The position numbers were made by a program, and so were the translations under genes. From Narcine bancroftii (Eukaryota): a DNA stretch of 64,000 bases. The notes under the pieces were generated by a model. It did not search any database. It was not told the origin of the DNA and saw nothing but the letters and a program-made list of their open reading frames with translations. Shown here in pieces: positions 62,320-64,000 of this stretch (position 1 is the stretch's first letter; each line of letters opens with the position of its first letter). The stretch spans positions 396,552,001 to 396,616,000 of the forward strand of contig NC_091469.1 in NCBI RefSeq assembly GCF_036971445.1, read 5' to 3'.

Positions 62320-64000
62320 CTGGCCCAGAAAATTGACATTTTAGAGAACTTTAGCAGATGTATTAATATAAAAATAGTGGGCCTGGAAATAGGGGGATAT
62401 ATAAAAGGATTTATAAAAAAAAGATCCCACAAAATTTGAGAGTAGAAGAACTCCAAGAAGAAATGAAAGTTGAAAGATCGCACAGAGCACTGGCGCGAAA
62501 GCCGCAACCACAGCAGATACCGTGTTCCATATTGGTAAAACTACTGTGAGAGAAAATATTGGAACTGGCTATTAGAAGGGTAAAAGAAAACAAGGAACCA
62601 TTGGCGTACAATGGGGAAAAAAATATTCTTCTACCCAGATATATTTCGAACTTTTGAAGAAGCGGAAGGAGTTTAACTTTACAAAAATTTAACTACGGAG
62701 GAAAGGTTACAACTTTGTGTTATGCCATCTGGCAGTTTTGAGGATATTCGACCCTGGTGGGCAAAATAGACTATTTTTGGATTCAGAAGAAGCCTGTCAT
62801 TTTGCAGAACAATTGCCAAATAATCAACAAGAGGAGGAGTAAGAAAAAATAACAAAAGGACTGTTAAAATAATATAAATAAGTTTGAAAGTTAATAGTTG
62901 GATTATAGATGCTTAAAAAAAAATGCTTTGTAATATTTTTAAGAATAATGTATAACTTTGGGGCAGGGCTTGGGAGGCGGGAGGATCTGTTCACTGCGAA
63001 ATCTGTTGACATTTGCGATATATACTACAACTCACGAAGAAAAGGGAGTTGTGGTTGTCTTGCAAAGTAGCAAGGGCAACTTATTAAGGGTGGATTTAAT
63101 GTTATTTTCTTTACTATTCATCTTTCTATTTTCTTTGTAATTGTGTGGTTGCACAGTAAAGAATAAGAACAATCTAAAGTGTGATTTTAGAAGAGAGATG
63201 GTGTTGAAAAGGTGGAATAGAGGTGAAAATCGATTGATAGGATGAATACATTGAAATATATGACAATTAATATTAATGGAATTCCCAATCAAATCAAGAG
63301 GAAAAAAAATTACAGCCACTACTTAAAAGGAAAAAAAAATGATGTAGCATTAATATAAGAAACATGCTTAACAGAGTCAGAACATCTGAAACTGAAGAGG
63401 TCACGTAGCAGCATCATCATACAATTCAAAAGCTGGTCGGTTGCTACATTAGTTAATAAGAATTTGCCAATTAAAACAGAGAAAGTAATAACAGACCCAG
63501 GGGTAGATATGTAATGATGATATGCCAGATTTATTCAGAATCTTGAAACTTATTGATCATTTATGCACCTAATGAATTTATGCAGGACATTGTTTTTAAA
63601 GATATCTTACTAGGGGGAGAGTTTAATTTTAACCTTGACCCATCAATAGATAAAACCAGGAGGACTATTACAAAAACTAAAGCAGCCAAATTTACATTAA
63701 ATTCAATGCAAGATGTATGTAAATATGGAGAAAACAACATCCAAAAGAAAGATTATTCATATTCAAACAGGCATAAAACCTATTTGAGGATTGATATGTT
63801 CTTGTACTCGGGACAGATTTAAGAAAGGCTTTGAAAGACAAGATTTTTATCAGACCATTCACCCTTGTTGTTAATTGCTCTGGAGGATATTCTGCCAAAA
63901 ACCTACAGATGGAGGCTGATTCCATGTTGTTAAAAAGGCAAAAAAGACTCTCGGGAGTACATTTTGAGACCAATGCAAATTCTGTTACAGATATTTATTT
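62320..64000 (+). mobile_element. L1/Tx1-like LINE: ORF1 C-terminus, inter-ORF region, ORF2 endonuclease (decayed)
   Basis: ORF1 remnants NIKIVGL, VERSHRAL and FFYPD. ORF2 starts at 63242 (MNTLKYMTININGI) and has IYAPN, GGEFN and TYLRIDMF APE motifs. Confidence 0.85.

Noticed and set aside
50386-64000. PHF14 exon 5 (expected CYGVDGESDS...)
   Set aside because: No matching sequence found by eye; presumably beyond the window.

Overview
Vertebrate genomic DNA, most likely a cartilaginous fish (ray or shark). This is inferred from HE1-like V-SINEs, shark-type CR1, Rex1/Babar and Penelope-like repeats. The only host gene I can support is PHF14 (PHD finger protein 14) on the + strand. It has a CpG-island promoter at about 12.3-12.8 kb and four coding exons (12467/12500-12512, 30446-30556, 41490-42073, 50241-50385) with canonical GT-AG sites and consistent phases; the gene continues past the window. 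Most of the rest is decayed, often nested mobile DNA: CR1, Rex1/Babar, L1/Tx1, RTE, Penelope-like, three Gypsy LTR elements, solo LTRs, a hAT (Charlie/Buster-like) element, several MITEs and SINEs. I found no convincing new multi-gene system. The best leads are a relocated PHF14 start codon with an N-terminal extension, an exact 27-bp inverted templated insertion with an 8-bp duplication, a minimal hammerhead-ribozyme-like motif, a very young RTE copy, and two junctional duplications. Comparisons with other species come from memory, not from searches.
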